Source: an uncultured virus (IMG/VR IMGVR_UViG_2061766007_000712)
Lineage: Duplodnaviria; Heunggongvirae; Uroviricota; Caudoviricetes
Length of the DNA: 64,000 bases
Strand: one strand, 5' to 3'
IMG/VR virus record: IMGVR_UViG_2061766007_000712
In this document: piece by piece, positions 49,913 through 61,217 of the stretch
Layout: the number at the start of each line of letters is the position of its first letter
Position numbering within the stretch: position 1 is the stretch's first letter
Notes under the pieces: generated by a model
Told to the model about the DNA's origin: nothing
Seen by the model: the letters and a program-made list of their open reading frames with translations, nothing else
Database searches by the model: none
Position numbers and translations under genes: made by a program

Positions 49913-50331
49913 TTCTTTTCCCCTTTAAGTAATTCAGCAAGTGGAGTTAAATCTTCAATAGGATCTTTTCTAACTTCAACTTCTGATTTATCTTGCCAAC
50001 CATAATTATTTTTAAGATTAAATATTGTAAATGTTGCATTTGCTTTTCCCATTAAAGCATTTTCTTCAAGTTGTCTTTCTACTTTTTGTTTAGCTTTTTT
50101 TATTAGTGGGAAAAACAACTCATTATTATTATAGTTAGTTAATGTTCTTCTATCAATGTCTAGTGATTCAGCAAGACCACTCATAGTATAAGGTTTTTCT
50201 TTTGCGTCACATTCTTCAAAATACTTATCAATACCTTCTTGTAATTGTTCTTTAGTTTTGTATTTTAAAGCATTAGTATTCCCAATATAATTATTTTCTT
50301 GCACTTTACCACCTACTTTTCTTAACTTCAT
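49909..50331 (-). CDS. terS: Terminase small subunit (P22 gp3-like), phage B
   Basis: IDKYFEEC...PYTMSGLA..L.IDRRTL.NY...IFNLKNNYGW.DK. Confidence 0.88.
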   Translation of the reverse strand: MKLRKVGGKVQENNYIGNTNALKYKTKEQLQEGIDKYFEECDAKEKPYTMSGLAESLDIDRRTLTNYNNNELFFPLIKKAKQKVERQLEENALMGKANATFTIFNLKNNYGWQDKSEVEVRKDPIEDLTPLAELLKGEKK

Positions 50332-50443
50332 ATAAAATTATAACATTAAAACCTATTTTTGTCCATTTCTCCACTTGTTATAACGATAGATAACATAAAT
50401 TGCATAAGAAAACAAAAATAGTAGGCAAAATTCTTTCATATAA

Positions 50444-50695
50444 TCACTTCCTAGCTATTGAGATTAATGCTTCGAATGGAATGTCATCATTTAAGTAGTC
50501 CCAAATTCTATCACGTTTCCATTCTTCGTATGGTAGATCATAAATTTGTGTTCTGAATTCACGAATAAATTTCAGTTTTTGTTTTTGTTCGAAGCAAGAA
50601 AAAGAGCATAAGAAATCTTCATAGGAGTTTCTTAATGCTCTCAAGTTCAAAATAAATTCTCTAAAAGTCCAATTTTTGTTTACACTCATTTCCAT
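50444..50695 (-). CDS. Hypothetical protein
   Basis: ORF with promoter-like upstream region. Confidence 0.6.
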   Translation of the reverse strand: MEMSVNKNWTFREFILNLRALRNSYEDFLCSFSCFEQKQKLKFIREFRTQIYDLPYEEWKRDRIWDYLNDDIPFEALISIARK

Positions 50696-50755
50696 AAAAC
50701 AACCCTACCTTTTATTACCTTAATTGTATCATAGTACGACTATAAAATCAATAAC

Positions 50756-50868
50756 AAAAAAAGAACGAAGTACGAGAACAAACTTCGTTCCAATAAAAAG
50801 AATAAAAAGGGGTGTAAGTTGGTGTTATACTTACAATTTAATTATACCACAAAATTAAGAAATAGCAA
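50756..50868 (-). ncRNA. Candidate anti-SD small RNA
   Basis: TTGCTA-16-TATAAT; hairpin TGTAAGT..ACTTACA; CCCCTTTTT; terminator GAACGAAGT..ACTTCGTTC-T7. Confidence 0.55.
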
Positions 50869-50873
50869 ATTGG

Positions 50874-51320
50874 TTATTTTTTAAGTAATAAGTCAGCAAT
50901 TCTATTGCCCATATCTTTCTTTGGACAAATGATGAAACGAATGTCATATTTTTGTTTCATAGTTTGCATTATCTTGAGTAAGGTTGATCCTTTGACTTGA
51001 GTGTGTGGAGACGACCAATTTTTAATATCTTCTGCTGATTTAATTTTAGATTCAGCAATTAAGAAAATAAAATTTTGACAACCATCTTCTTTTGCTCTTG
51101 CTATTTCTCTCTTAATTCTTTCGTGTTCAGTAGTTCGACATAAGTTACCAGATAATTCTAATAGACTATCTTTTCTATCTATGACCGTTGTATTGTCTTT
51201 ATAAAGTTTGTAATCTCCATAGTCTAGTTTGCTTGTTATGTAATCAATGTTGTTTTTGTCAAAATACTCAAGAATTTTTTTGTGTCCTTTTTCTCTAGTA
51301 TCAACTATTATTAAATTCAT
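50874..51320 (-). CDS. ERCC4-domain nuclease
   Basis: IIVDTREK, L.YGDY, IDRK. Confidence 0.85.
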   Translation of the reverse strand: MNLIIVDTREKGHKKILEYFDKNNIDYITSKLDYGDYKLYKDNTTVIDRKDSLLELSGNLCRTTEHERIKREIARAKEDGCQNFIFLIAESKIKSAEDIKNWSSPHTQVKGSTLLKIMQTMKQKYDIRFIICPKKDMGNRIADLLLKK

Positions 51321-51533
51321 NNNNNNNNNNNNNNNNNNNNNNNNNNTTAGCTAAAGTTAATATACTTTTGATTTGTTGCTCTTTAACAGTTGATTTCTTT
51401 AAATCAGGTTTATAACCTTTTGTTGCTGTTAATTTCATTGGTGTTCTACTTTGATTTTTAATTATTTGTGTTAATTTGTTTTCGAACCATTCTTTACTAA
51501 ATTTTTTTACTTTCATATATTTTACCTTCTTTC

Positions 51534-52154
51534 TTAAATCCATCTTATAATAGGTTCTCCATTAAAACCTTTTTCCCAAATGTACCAACAATAAGCAACT
51601 GCACCATGTGTTTGCCCATTGTTGCTGTATTTACTAAAGTCTCCATTCATAGCACACCTTTGTCTCTGACTAAAAACATATACATATTTAGGTGGATATT
51701 TTTCAAATAATTTTTTTCTTGCTTGTCCTTCTAGGAATTGTAATTTTAGAAACATAATACACTTGTTTTGATTTTCTAATAATTCCATTGAATGTTCCAC
51801 GAATTCTTTAGCATATTTATATGGTGGGTTTGTAAGTATATCTCCACTCCATACACTTTTTTGTTCTAGAAAATCTACATTTGATATTCCATAATTTCTA
51901 TTCACTAAATCAGTTGAATAAACATTGTACCCCCCCCCGCACAATACTTTACTCAAATGACCTTCTCCACAAGCACATTCCCAAATATCTTTATTTAATT
52001 CTATACCATCTTTTTTTAATCTTTCAAGAAATACTACTAAACTATTTGGATCAGTAGCATAATAATCATTTTTTTCTCTTTCTTCTTCAGTATAATTATG
52101 GGCTCCAAGTGTTGCCGCATAAGTTCTACTATTTCCTGTCCAGTCTTTTTCCAT
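51534..52154 (-). CDS. Amino (N6-adenine/N4-cytosine) DNA methyltransferase
   Basis: DYYATDP, WECACGEG, DFL, TNPPY. Confidence 0.88.
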   Translation of the reverse strand: MEKDWTGNSRTYAATLGAHNYTEEEREKNDYYATDPNSLVVFLERLKKDGIELNKDIWECACGEGHLSKVLCGGGYNVYSTDLVNRNYGISNVDFLEQKSVWSGDILTNPPYKYAKEFVEHSMELLENQNKCIMFLKLQFLEGQARKKLFEKYPPKYVYVFSQRQRCAMNGDFSKYSNNGQTHGAVAYCWYIWEKGFNGEPIIRWI

Positions 52155-52839
52155 TTATATCTCCTATCTTTATTCCTAATACTTCATAACTTTCTTTGAA
52201 ATTTGCCTTTTTTATCTCTAACTATATTTTTAGATTTATTAGGAAATCCTAATCTATTAGCAAATCTTTTTATGGTCTTTTTGTCACATTTAAAATATAT
52301 TGCCATTTCATTTAAAGAATAATTCCCAAACCATTGTTTCTTAAATTTTTCAATGTTAAATTGCTTATACTTATTTCCATTATCTCTTGTCTTAATATTT
52401 TTTTTATTNNNNNNNNNNNNNNNNNNNNNNNNNNNNNNNNNNNNNNNNNNNNNNNNNNNNNNNNNNNNNNNNNNNNNNNNNNNNNNNNNNNNNNNNNNNN
52501 NNNNNNNNNNNNNNNNNNNNNNNNNNNNNNNNNNNNNNNNNNNNNNNNNNNNNNNNNNNNNNNNNNNNNNNNNNNNNNNNNNNNNNNNNNNNNNNNNNNN
52601 NNNNNNNNNNNNNNNNNNNNNNNNNNNNNNNNNNNNNNNNNNNNNNNNNNNNNNNNNNNNNNNNNNNNNNNNNNNNNNNNNNNNNNNNNNNNNNNNNNNN
52701 NNNNNNNNNNNNNNNNNNNNNNNNNNNNNNNNNNNNNNNNNNNNNNNNNNNNNNNNNNNNNNNNNNNNNNNNNNNNNNNNNNNNNNNNNNNNNNNNNNNN
52801 NNNNNNNNNNNNNNNNNNNNNNNNNNNNNNNNNNNNNNN

Positions 52840-54481
52840 CATCTTTTACACCCATTAATCTAAAACATTCTTTTGGTGTCAGCTTGCGAATACGAAGATT
52901 GTGTTTAACACTTGGTTTATCAATTGTATTAAGTGCTACACTTTCATTGTGTGTTCGTGGCCCATGTCCATATCCATTTGGAAATGTAGTTGTTGCACAT
53001 TGCCCCTCTTTAAATTCATCAACTATATCACTATTTATGTATCTCCTTATATTGCCATCTTCTGTAAATAATTCTTTTTCTTTTGGAGTGTATGCTGAAT
53101 TTTCTTTTATTACAACACCTTTGCTTTCTCCACCCATTGTGTCTAATGTTTGAATTTTATCTTTTTGAACATTTCCTCGGTGGTATTGCATTCTACTTGA
53201 TATGTCAACACCATCTCCTTCTTCTGCTTCAAGATAACCTTTTGCTGTTGCATTTTTTATTTTAAGACTTTGTTCTTCTACAACAGCAAAATCATCACAT
53301 ACTCTAGTTGTCATTGTTGGTGCTATGTTATTTCCACCAAAATAATCTTCTTCATTATATCTTCTAGTTGTGTAATTAATAAATACAATGTCATTTTCTT
53401 TAACTTTTTCTTGATCTATAAGTTCATTGCACATTTTTCTTCTTAAACAATTTTGGTTTTTTGAATCATTATCTAATTCTTCACAAATATAATCACTGGC
53501 GTCAGCACGAGTATTTCCTTCACGAGTTGTTTTACTACAAGCAATATCTCTATTAAGTTTGAGACTATTTTTATTTACTTTATATTTATCATCTTCACTA
53601 AAAATATATTCTTTCATTTTATCACTTAAAAAATACTTTTCATCAACATTATCTTCAAGCATATCTTTCAATTTTAACTTTAATGGAATAGGTTTTGGAA
53701 ATGTATAAGAATAATCTCCTAAAATACTAACCATAAAGCACCTATTTCTAGTTTGTGGAATTCCATAATCAGTTGCAATTAAATCTTGCCAATAATTATG
53801 ATAACCTAGTTCTTCAAGTCTTAATTGCCATTTATTGAAATCTTGAACATTATCAGAAGAATGGACTTGAGGGACATTCTCCATGAGTAAACATTGTGGA
53901 AGTGTTCCAAGTTCTTTGCATTCAGTAAGTATTCTTTCAACTTCCCATAACATACCAGAACGAGTAGAAGTATCACTCATTCCTTTACCTTTACCTGCCA
54001 ATGATAAATCTTGACATGGAAATGAATAAGTCATTATGTATTCATATTTATCAGTATCTTCTATTTCCAAACTATAACCTTTAACTTTTTGAATATTTAC
54101 TAAATTATGTGTTGCAACTATATTATTAAATATTTTCCTTACTTGTTTTTCTCCTAATCTTTTTATTTGTTCCAATTTCATAGGTTCATTATAGTTTTGT
54201 GATATTCCATAATTATATAAAATATCTACAAGTTTTTCATAAGATAAATTATTTAACATACTATAATCTTCATTATCATTAGGAAAGTGTATATCTTTGT
54301 ATGCTTGAATACTTTTAACTGCCCACTCACATATTTTCCAATGCTCAAATGGTATGCTTGAATACTTTAACGCCAACGACTGACTGCCATAGCCTGCAAA
54401 AAGTTCGATTATTCTAATTTTCTTTTTGATTTTATATTTTTCTCTAATAAATTCAAATATATTTGTTTGACATTCATTCAT
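52840..54481 (-). CDS. C5 cytosine DNA methyltransferase with long variable region (3' end in gap)
   Basis: ELFAGYG, SFPCQDLS.AG, MENV, YGIPQ.RNR, IRKLTPKECFRLMG. Confidence 0.93.
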
Positions 54482-54611
54482 AATGTTTCTCCTTAATANN
54501 NNNNNNNNTTTAATTTTTTACTGAATCTTAATTTATCATATCTCTTTTTAAATAAATAATAACTATCGAAATGTTCAACCCATTCTTTGTTGGTAGTATT
54601 ATCATGTATTT

Positions 54612-54896
54612 TTATTTCATACATAGTNNNNNNNNNNNNNNNNNNNNNNNNNNNNNNNNNNNTACTCTTGCATAAGTTAATTCAGTATTATCTTTATCTT
54701 TTTTCATTAATTTGTTTTGTATTTCATCTAATACTTCTAATGCTCTTTTCTTTGTTTCATAAGTTGCAAAATAATCATCATTTATATAAATAATATATCT
54801 TCCAGTTTCCTTACAACTTTCAATTTCACTATCAGTTTCTATTGTATTCATTTTATATAGTTTTAATTTATCTTGACTTCTTATCCATAGTTCCAT
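54612..54896 (-). CDS. Hypothetical phage protein (MELWIRSQD type)
   Basis: Homolog of 16223-16555. Confidence 0.65.
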   Translation of the reverse strand: MELWIRSQDKLKLYKMNTIETDSEIESCKETGRYIIYINDDYFATYETKKRALEVLDEIQNKLMKKDKDNTELTYARVXXXXXXXXXXXXLCMK

Positions 54897-55580
54897 TACT
54901 TTTTATCTCCTTTATTTATTTTCTTCTTTAAAATCTTCTATATCTTCATAATATGTATTATCTATCACAAAACCATTGCTTAATATTTCAACTTTATGAT
55001 TCTTCATAAGACCTATAAGTTTCTTGCACATAACATTTTCGTAATTTTGTTTATTATCCATCACTACTAATTCATAAATTTTACCATTATAGTTTGCATC
55101 TTCATTTTGGCAACTAGAAATACTTAGTTCTCCGTCATATCTATCGAATCTTATGTTTAAAGCATAAGAGCCACTATAAACATCCATTTCGATATAATTA
55201 TCTTCAATGTATATAGCACTTCTTTTATAGATTTTATATTTTTCTTCATTAAAGGGGTATCTTTTAATTATATCTTCCCAATACTCACTTTGTGTTAATT
55301 CATCAAATGTTAAACACTTTTCAAGTATTTTTTCCGTAATACTATTATATGACACCTCATATTCACTAAATGATACTTTTACATTTTTTGCTATTTCTTT
55401 ACTATCATATATTTCTATATAATCATTTTTTATTTTTAATAATTTATATTCGGCGCTTGTATCACCTTCTTTTTTTGGACAATAACTTTTATATCTAAAT
55501 GAACCTTTTGTTGAATAATTGCTTGTNNNNNNNNNNNNNNNNNNNNNNNNNNNNNNNNNNNNNNNNNNNNNNNNNNNNNN

Positions 55581-55975
55581 ATGCTATCTACTTTCGATTT
55601 GAATTCATTAGAATCCATAGTTCCCACGTATAATTCATTAGCTGATTCATATACCTTTTCAATAATCCATCTTTCTTTTTTAGTTTGATTATACTGTTCA
55701 AGTAATCTTTCTTGATATTTATAGAACATACTTGGAGCTGATTCACACTCTAATAATCTCACTATATATTCTATAAGTTGATATTTGTCATTAGTTATTG
55801 AATACATTAAATCAATATCGAAACATTTAAACCTTTGATAAAACTTTTTCATAAAGATCCAAAGTCTCTTGTATTTAATAAAGTGCTTATCTTCTAATTT
55901 AATATCTTCCATTAATTTTGGTCTTAAAAGTAGGCAAGATAAGATAGATAACTCTAAATTGCTATATTTACTCAT
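55581..55975 (-). CDS. DnaB N-terminal-like protein (3' end in gap)
   Basis: LE.SILSCLLL.P......L...HF pattern. Confidence 0.5.
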
Positions 55976-55994
55976 TTTTTCACTCCTAATATAT

Positions 55995-56262
55995 ATAAAC
56001 TTACATAATTTATTTTATAAAACTTACATTTTTTCTTTATTTCTTACATAATTCTTTCACATATAAATTAATGTTTTCCCTTATAAAATAAGACTAAAAT
56101 CAACCCAAACTTACAAACTTACGTTTTTTTCTATATACACAACATATAGGAAAANNNNNNNNNNNNNNNNNNNNNNNNNNNNNNNNNNNNNNNNNNNNNN
56201 NNNNNNNTCAATGGTTTTCGTCGATTTTTAAGTAAGTTTTTCATAAGAATTGTGTAAGTTAG
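55995..56262. repeat. AACTTAC(A) direct and inverted repeats, probable origin of phage B
   Basis: At least five (AA)CTTAC copies and two inverted GTAAGTT copies in AT-rich DNA directly after the primase/helicase gene. Confidence 0.6.
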
Positions 56263-56271
56263 ATATTTTTA

Positions 56272-57997
56272 TTATGTTAGATTAAGTCTAATATAACTTG
56301 CTTTTTCTTTTCTAACCGTTGTTTGATGAGTATATCTTCCCTGTGAATTCAATTCAAGAAAACCTATATCAACCCACTCTTTTTTAATTGTATTGAATTC
56401 ATAACCACCTTTTTCAAGTTCTCTATAAAGAATTTGAGCATTAATGATACAAAATTCATCATTTTTAACACCCCAACATTCTCCATAACCAAAATCTTCA
56501 AATTTTTTATAATTAGCACTTATTATTCCTAAAATATATTCTTTAGCTTTAACAGCAGTTCTAATTTCACTCTTATCATTTACATATTCCTTAATATCTT
56601 CCACTTGTAAAATGTAATTATCATGGAATATGCACTCATTTGCTAATTGATTCGCTAATAATAAAGTTGCAAGTGAACTTGCTTGTTTATCGGTTGNNNN
56701 NNNNNNNNNNNNNNNNNNNNNNNNNNNNNNNNNNNNNNNNNNNNNNNNTTTGAATATATTTAATATACTCACGACCAGCAAAACCATAATTTTCTTTTAT
56801 AACTTTGGCAATATCTTGCCCATTTTCTATTATTTTTTCGCCTATTTCTAGGTCAATTACTCTATTATATACTTGTTCCCCTGCATTCTCCTTTACGAGC
56901 CTGTCATTGCTTGTAAATAAGAAATTATTGAACCATACTTTAACTTCTTTTGCTTGACTATTTTTGTTTAGACGACCTTTTTCAGTTCCATTACATAAAT
57001 CCATTACTAAACTTTCTAGATCAAGATATTTTGACCTTTTGACAATTTGTAATTCATCAAAATAGCAAGTAAAGTTTCTCATAAAACTTGCAACAACTGA
57101 ATAATAGTTTTGTGTATTGTTACTTGATAATCTCAATGCCCCTATGTCTGGGTTGCCCCAAATACTCATTGCAACCATACAACTTAAAGTTTTACCATTT
57201 CCAGATAAAGAACTCCATAAGTTTACCATATATGGTTGTAAGTTTAATTTTTCAAGCAATGGACTAGCTAAAGTAGTTGCCATAAGTAATTTGATTACTT
57301 TGTGCTTTCTTAAACCTTTAATTGTTTCTTTCCATTTCTCATAATTACCTTTACTTCCAATTGATTTATAAATGTTTCTGAATTCATCAGCACCATCAAA
57401 TATGCCATGTGAATCGTATGGAACAAAATCATTTTCTTTCCACCCAATATGTGAAATACTATCAAGTTTCTTAATGTTATTTATGTTCATTATTTCATTA
57501 AAATAGTTTATGTAGTATCTAACATTTTCACTTGTTACGTCTAGCCCATCATCACTTAATAAAAGCAACTTTTGATTAATTGATAATTGACTTTTATCTA
57601 CAATTAGTTCTTTCCAAGCATTTTCTTTATAGAATATGATTTTTACTTTTTCTTTTCCTGTATCTTCATTAATATATCTTTCAACTGGTATTACAGGTAT
57701 GTAACTAAACTTTGTATTAAATTTATCAGTTATTCCATTAATACTACAAGTGTAATTACCCCATTGAAAATTAGTAATATCATATTTGCATTGTGGAAGT
57801 GTGGAATTATCATCTATTCGTATTTTATCTTTAAAAATANNNNNNNNNNNNNNNNNNNNNNNNNCAGAAAAACGCTTTTCTACACCCAATTTTCTAGCTT
57901 CAATGAATAATTCATCTTCACGTTCAATTCTTTCAATTTCATTCATATTGAAAAGATCAGTAAATGTTTTCTTTGCAAATAAATCTTTTTCAGTCAT
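56272..57997 (-). CDS. DUF927-type primase/helicase (one gene, split by N gaps)
   Basis: HIGW...F.PY, SGNGKT, YFDELQ, G..KGRL, ENYGFAG. Confidence 0.85.
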
Positions 57998-58011
57998 ACT
58001 TATTACCCTTT

Positions 58012-58173
58012 CTATTTTTTATTATTATATTTAATTGGTGTTAGTTTAATAAAACCGTCTTTTGGATCATACTCTAAATAGAAATCTCTACCAACTTTAT
58101 CAATTATAACTTTTGGAATTATAATACGATTTCTTAATTTGTCAGCACGTTTCATAAATCTTACCATTTCCAT
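58012..58173 (-). CDS. Small AbrB/SpoVT-like regulator
   Basis: NRIIIPKVII...FYLEY....IKLTPI; AAGGAGG RBS; homolog of 16012-16170. Confidence 0.6.
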   Translation of the reverse strand: MEMVRFMKRADKLRNRIIIPKVIIDKVGRDFYLEYDPKDGFIKLTPIKYNNKK

Positions 58174-58272
58174 ATTTTGTCCTCCTTTACTCTACATATT
58201 AAGTGTACCACACTTGCACCACACTTGCAATGTTTTTTTGACAAAAAAAAGCAACTTTTCAGTTGCTCAATT

Positions 58273-58875
58273 TTAATCTAGGAAATCATCAGTTATTTCG
58301 ATATAATCTTCTTCTTTATCTTCAGTTTTTTGAGAAGCGTCTCTTGTTGCTTTGTAATCTACAATACTTAAATATGATCCATCTAGCATTTTAACACTAT
58401 CACTTACAAAAGCGTCTTTTAGTTTATCTAAACTTCTAAATTTATTTAATCTAACTTTAACATTTCTTTTGCCTTCTTGGTTTTCGTATTCTTCATATAA
58501 GAAGATTCCACCAATTTTCTTATTTACTAATGTTTCTTCTTCCCAATTCCATTTATAACCCGGATTAGAGTTTTCTACTGCTGTTATAAAACCTTTGAAA
58601 TATGCTACATTATCTCCTTCAAATGCTAAATAACGAACAGCATTGTTGTCCCACTTTTTGTCCATACTTGTATTGCTATCATATCTTTGTTGATAATAGT
58701 TTTTGAATTCTCCACTTGCAATGTCAACAGCTACTCTAAATGTCTTTTTACCACTTTGTTCATTTTTATGAACTCCTGCTTCTTTAATTATACATTCATA
58801 AGCACCAATTGGAAGTGCTTTAAAATCTTCCATTCCCTTTGCTTCTACTTCATTCCAATTATTTATTTTTTCCAT
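58273..58875 (-). CDS. Putative SSB (DUF669-like)
   Basis: LPIGAYECII; acidic tail IEITDDFLD; follows Sak4-like ATPase. Confidence 0.65.
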   Translation of the reverse strand: MEKINNWNEVEAKGMEDFKALPIGAYECIIKEAGVHKNEQSGKKTFRVAVDIASGEFKNYYQQRYDSNTSMDKKWDNNAVRYLAFEGDNVAYFKGFITAVENSNPGYKWNWEEETLVNKKIGGIFLYEEYENQEGKRNVKVRLNKFRSLDKLKDAFVSDSVKMLDGSYLSIVDYKATRDASQKTEDKEEDYIEITDDFLD

Positions 58876-58879
58876 TTAA

Positions 58880-59518
58880 CTATTCTCCTTCTTTCTTATC
58901 TTCAACTTTATCTAATTCATAATAATCTCTAACGACTTTATCGAATTCTTTTAAGTCATTGTCCATTGAATCATTTTCAAACATTCCAAATGGAGTTTTT
59001 ACGCAGTCTTGTCCATTTGTTTTTAATCTAAAAATATAATTCCCATTATCGAACATACTTCTAATGCAAACCGTAAACATACCCTGAATATTTACTTTTT
59101 CATCTAGTAATTTACCAATTGTTTTTGGTTTAACATATCCATTCTCGTCAGTATCTTCGTGCATTATTAGATAAACGGTTTTCCCACCTTCAATATTTTT
59201 GATTCCATTAATTAAGTTCCAAAAGTTATTAGCTAATTCATTGTATTTGTCATAACCTTTGATATTTGATTTGTTCATAAATTCATTTGTTATTAAATAA
59301 TTTGCGTCATCAATAACAATTGTTTTCTTTTTAGTACCTGCAATTGCTTTTAAAATACCATTGTAATCATCACATTTAGGTGCTTTAATATCACTTTTAA
59401 ATGGCAATGGTTTGCCAAGTACGTTGATTACTGCTACTTCATCTCTAGTAAAATTTCTTAAACTTGTGGATTTACCAGAACCACTTTGACCTATTAATAA
59501 TACTGGAACACTATTCAT
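58880..59518 (-). CDS. AAA ATPase, Sak4-like recombinase
   Basis: GQSGSGKSTS, IVIDD, KTIGKLLD, KTPFGMF. Confidence 0.85.
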   Translation of the reverse strand: MNSVPVLLIGQSGSGKSTSLRNFTRDEVAVINVLGKPLPFKSDIKAPKCDDYNGILKAIAGTKKKTIVIDDANYLITNEFMNKSNIKGYDKYNELANNFWNLINGIKNIEGGKTVYLIMHEDTDENGYVKPKTIGKLLDEKVNIQGMFTVCIRSMFDNGNYIFRLKTNGQDCVKTPFGMFENDSMDNDLKEFDKVVRDYYELDKVEDKKEGE

Positions 59519-60272
59519 ATTTTTTACCCTCCTATTCTCTAGTATTAATTTGGCTTGATTTTCTAGATCATAAGTTTCTACAATATTATAATTATCATTT
59601 AATTCACTGAACCATACAATAAACACTTCATCAACTTTTAATTNNNNNNNNNNNNNNNNNNNNNNNNNNNNNNNNNNNNNNNNNNNNNNNNNNNNNNNNN
59701 NNNNNNNNNNNNNNNNNNNNNNNNNNNNNNNNNNNNNNNNNNNTATACATATCAGCATTTGTCTTGTAATCTACTAATACAAGTCCACCTGTTAATTTAT
59801 TAATAAATAGGTGGTCGACTGCACTAGCAATGTCATATTCGTCATCTCCTATGACATATTCACAAGCAACGTGTTCTAATCTATCTTTAAAATCATTATA
59901 GAAATTGTCAGCTTGCTTTTTGATTTTTTCAACTGCATTAATATATTCTTCACTTTCATCAAATTTTATTAAGTTCCAATTCTCATGTGTCCATAAACTT
60001 TGTGCATACTCATGACAAGTAGAACCTTTTTCACAAGCAAATTCATTTTTATATTTCCATTCTTGTAGAACTTCAGTTACATTTTTATTTTCTTTGGTTG
60101 CAACTTTTTCAGCAATTTCTTGTGCATTAAATTTGTTCTCATATTGTGCATAATATGTTGTTACTGATACGCCAACTCTTTGGCCTTTGTATTCGTAATG
60201 ATGATCCAAATCGAAGAACTTATAATCTTTAAATGATTTGTCTAGTTCTGCTAGACATTGTTCTCGTGTCAT
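59508..60272 (-). CDS. PD-(D/E)xK exonuclease (split by N gap)
   Basis: SVTT, G...H, E, A..VD.L, LVDYKT. Confidence 0.8.
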
Positions 60273-60273
60273 C

Positions 60274-60411
60274 TTATTCGTTCCTTTCTAAATATTCACT
60301 AATAGCAAGTCGAATAAGTGCATTTTGAGAAATGTTCTTCTTGTTTGCAAACTCTTTAATTTTCTCTTTTAGTTCTTTTGAAAGAGTAATGCAAATTTGT
60401 TCATTTTTCAT
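60274..60411 (-). CDS. Ribbon-helix-helix regulator
   Basis: ICITLSKELKEKI...NISQNALIRLAISEYL; AGGAGG RBS. Confidence 0.7.
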   Translation of the reverse strand: MKNEQICITLSKELKEKIKEFANKKNISQNALIRLAISEYLERNE

Positions 60412-60485
60412 TGTTCCCCTCCTATCTATATATAATTTTACTATTATTTAGATATAAAGTCAATATAATTTTCATATAATCGAAA

Positions 60486-60803
60486 TTATTTTTCTTCCAC
60501 ATAAGGAAACTCTTTTTCACTTGCGATCCAACCAAATTTGCCTTTTTCATATTCGATTAAATACCAATTATATACAGGGTTACCTTCAAATTTTTGAATT
60601 GCTTTGAATTTATCTCCTTTTTGTACTTGTCCTAATTTATCAGTGTAAGCATTTGCATATTCTCTTACATTGATGAATTCATTTGTAATAACAATGTCGA
60701 TTTTTTTAAATTCTTCTGGTTTTACTGAATTCTTACCAATAATGAACCCAATTCCCATTGACAATAATATTACACAAATTATTATTAATATAAATTTTCT
60801 CAT
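60486..60803 (-). CDS. Membrane-anchored SH3b-domain protein
   Basis: N-terminal TM; INVRE...KLGQV.KG...WY.I....GWIA. Confidence 0.75.
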   Translation of the reverse strand: MRKFILIIICVILLSMGIGFIIGKNSVKPEEFKKIDIVITNEFINVREYANAYTDKLGQVQKGDKFKAIQKFEGNPVYNWYLIEYEKGKFGWIASEKEFPYVEEK

Positions 60804-60885
60804 TTTTTCATTCTCCTTNNNNNNNNNNNNNNNNNNNNNNNNNNNNNNNNNNNNNNNNNNNNNNNNNNNNNNNNNNNNNNNNNNN

Positions 60886-61036
60886 NATAATCAGCTATTG
60901 ATTTAAACATTAGCACGTCCATTGATTCTATGTTTCTTTCTCCTTTAGCATATCTATATAATGTGTATTTTGATATTCCTAAATCTTTTTGCATTTTATA
61001 TAATGATATTGTTTGTTCTTCATATAATTTTAACAT
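60886..61036 (-). CDS. HTH regulator (partial)
   Basis: SLYKMQKDLGISKYTLYRY. Confidence 0.6.
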
Positions 61037-61217
61037 TGTTGNNNNNNNNNNNNNNNNNNNNNNNNNNNNNNNNNNNNNNNNNNNNNNNNNNNNNNNNNNN
61101 NNNNNNNNNNNNNNNTTTCTTTATTTATTTCTAATTTATCATGTATGTATTCAGAAACTCCTTTTAATTTCTTTGCTTGTTCATCTACCACGTTAGTATA
61201 ATTAATTAAATATTTTC

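Noticed and set aside
52184..54481. 765-aa methyltransferase as a single ORF
   Set aside because: The frame is carried through a ~430-nt N gap; motif IX lies just before the gap, so the distal part belongs to another gene
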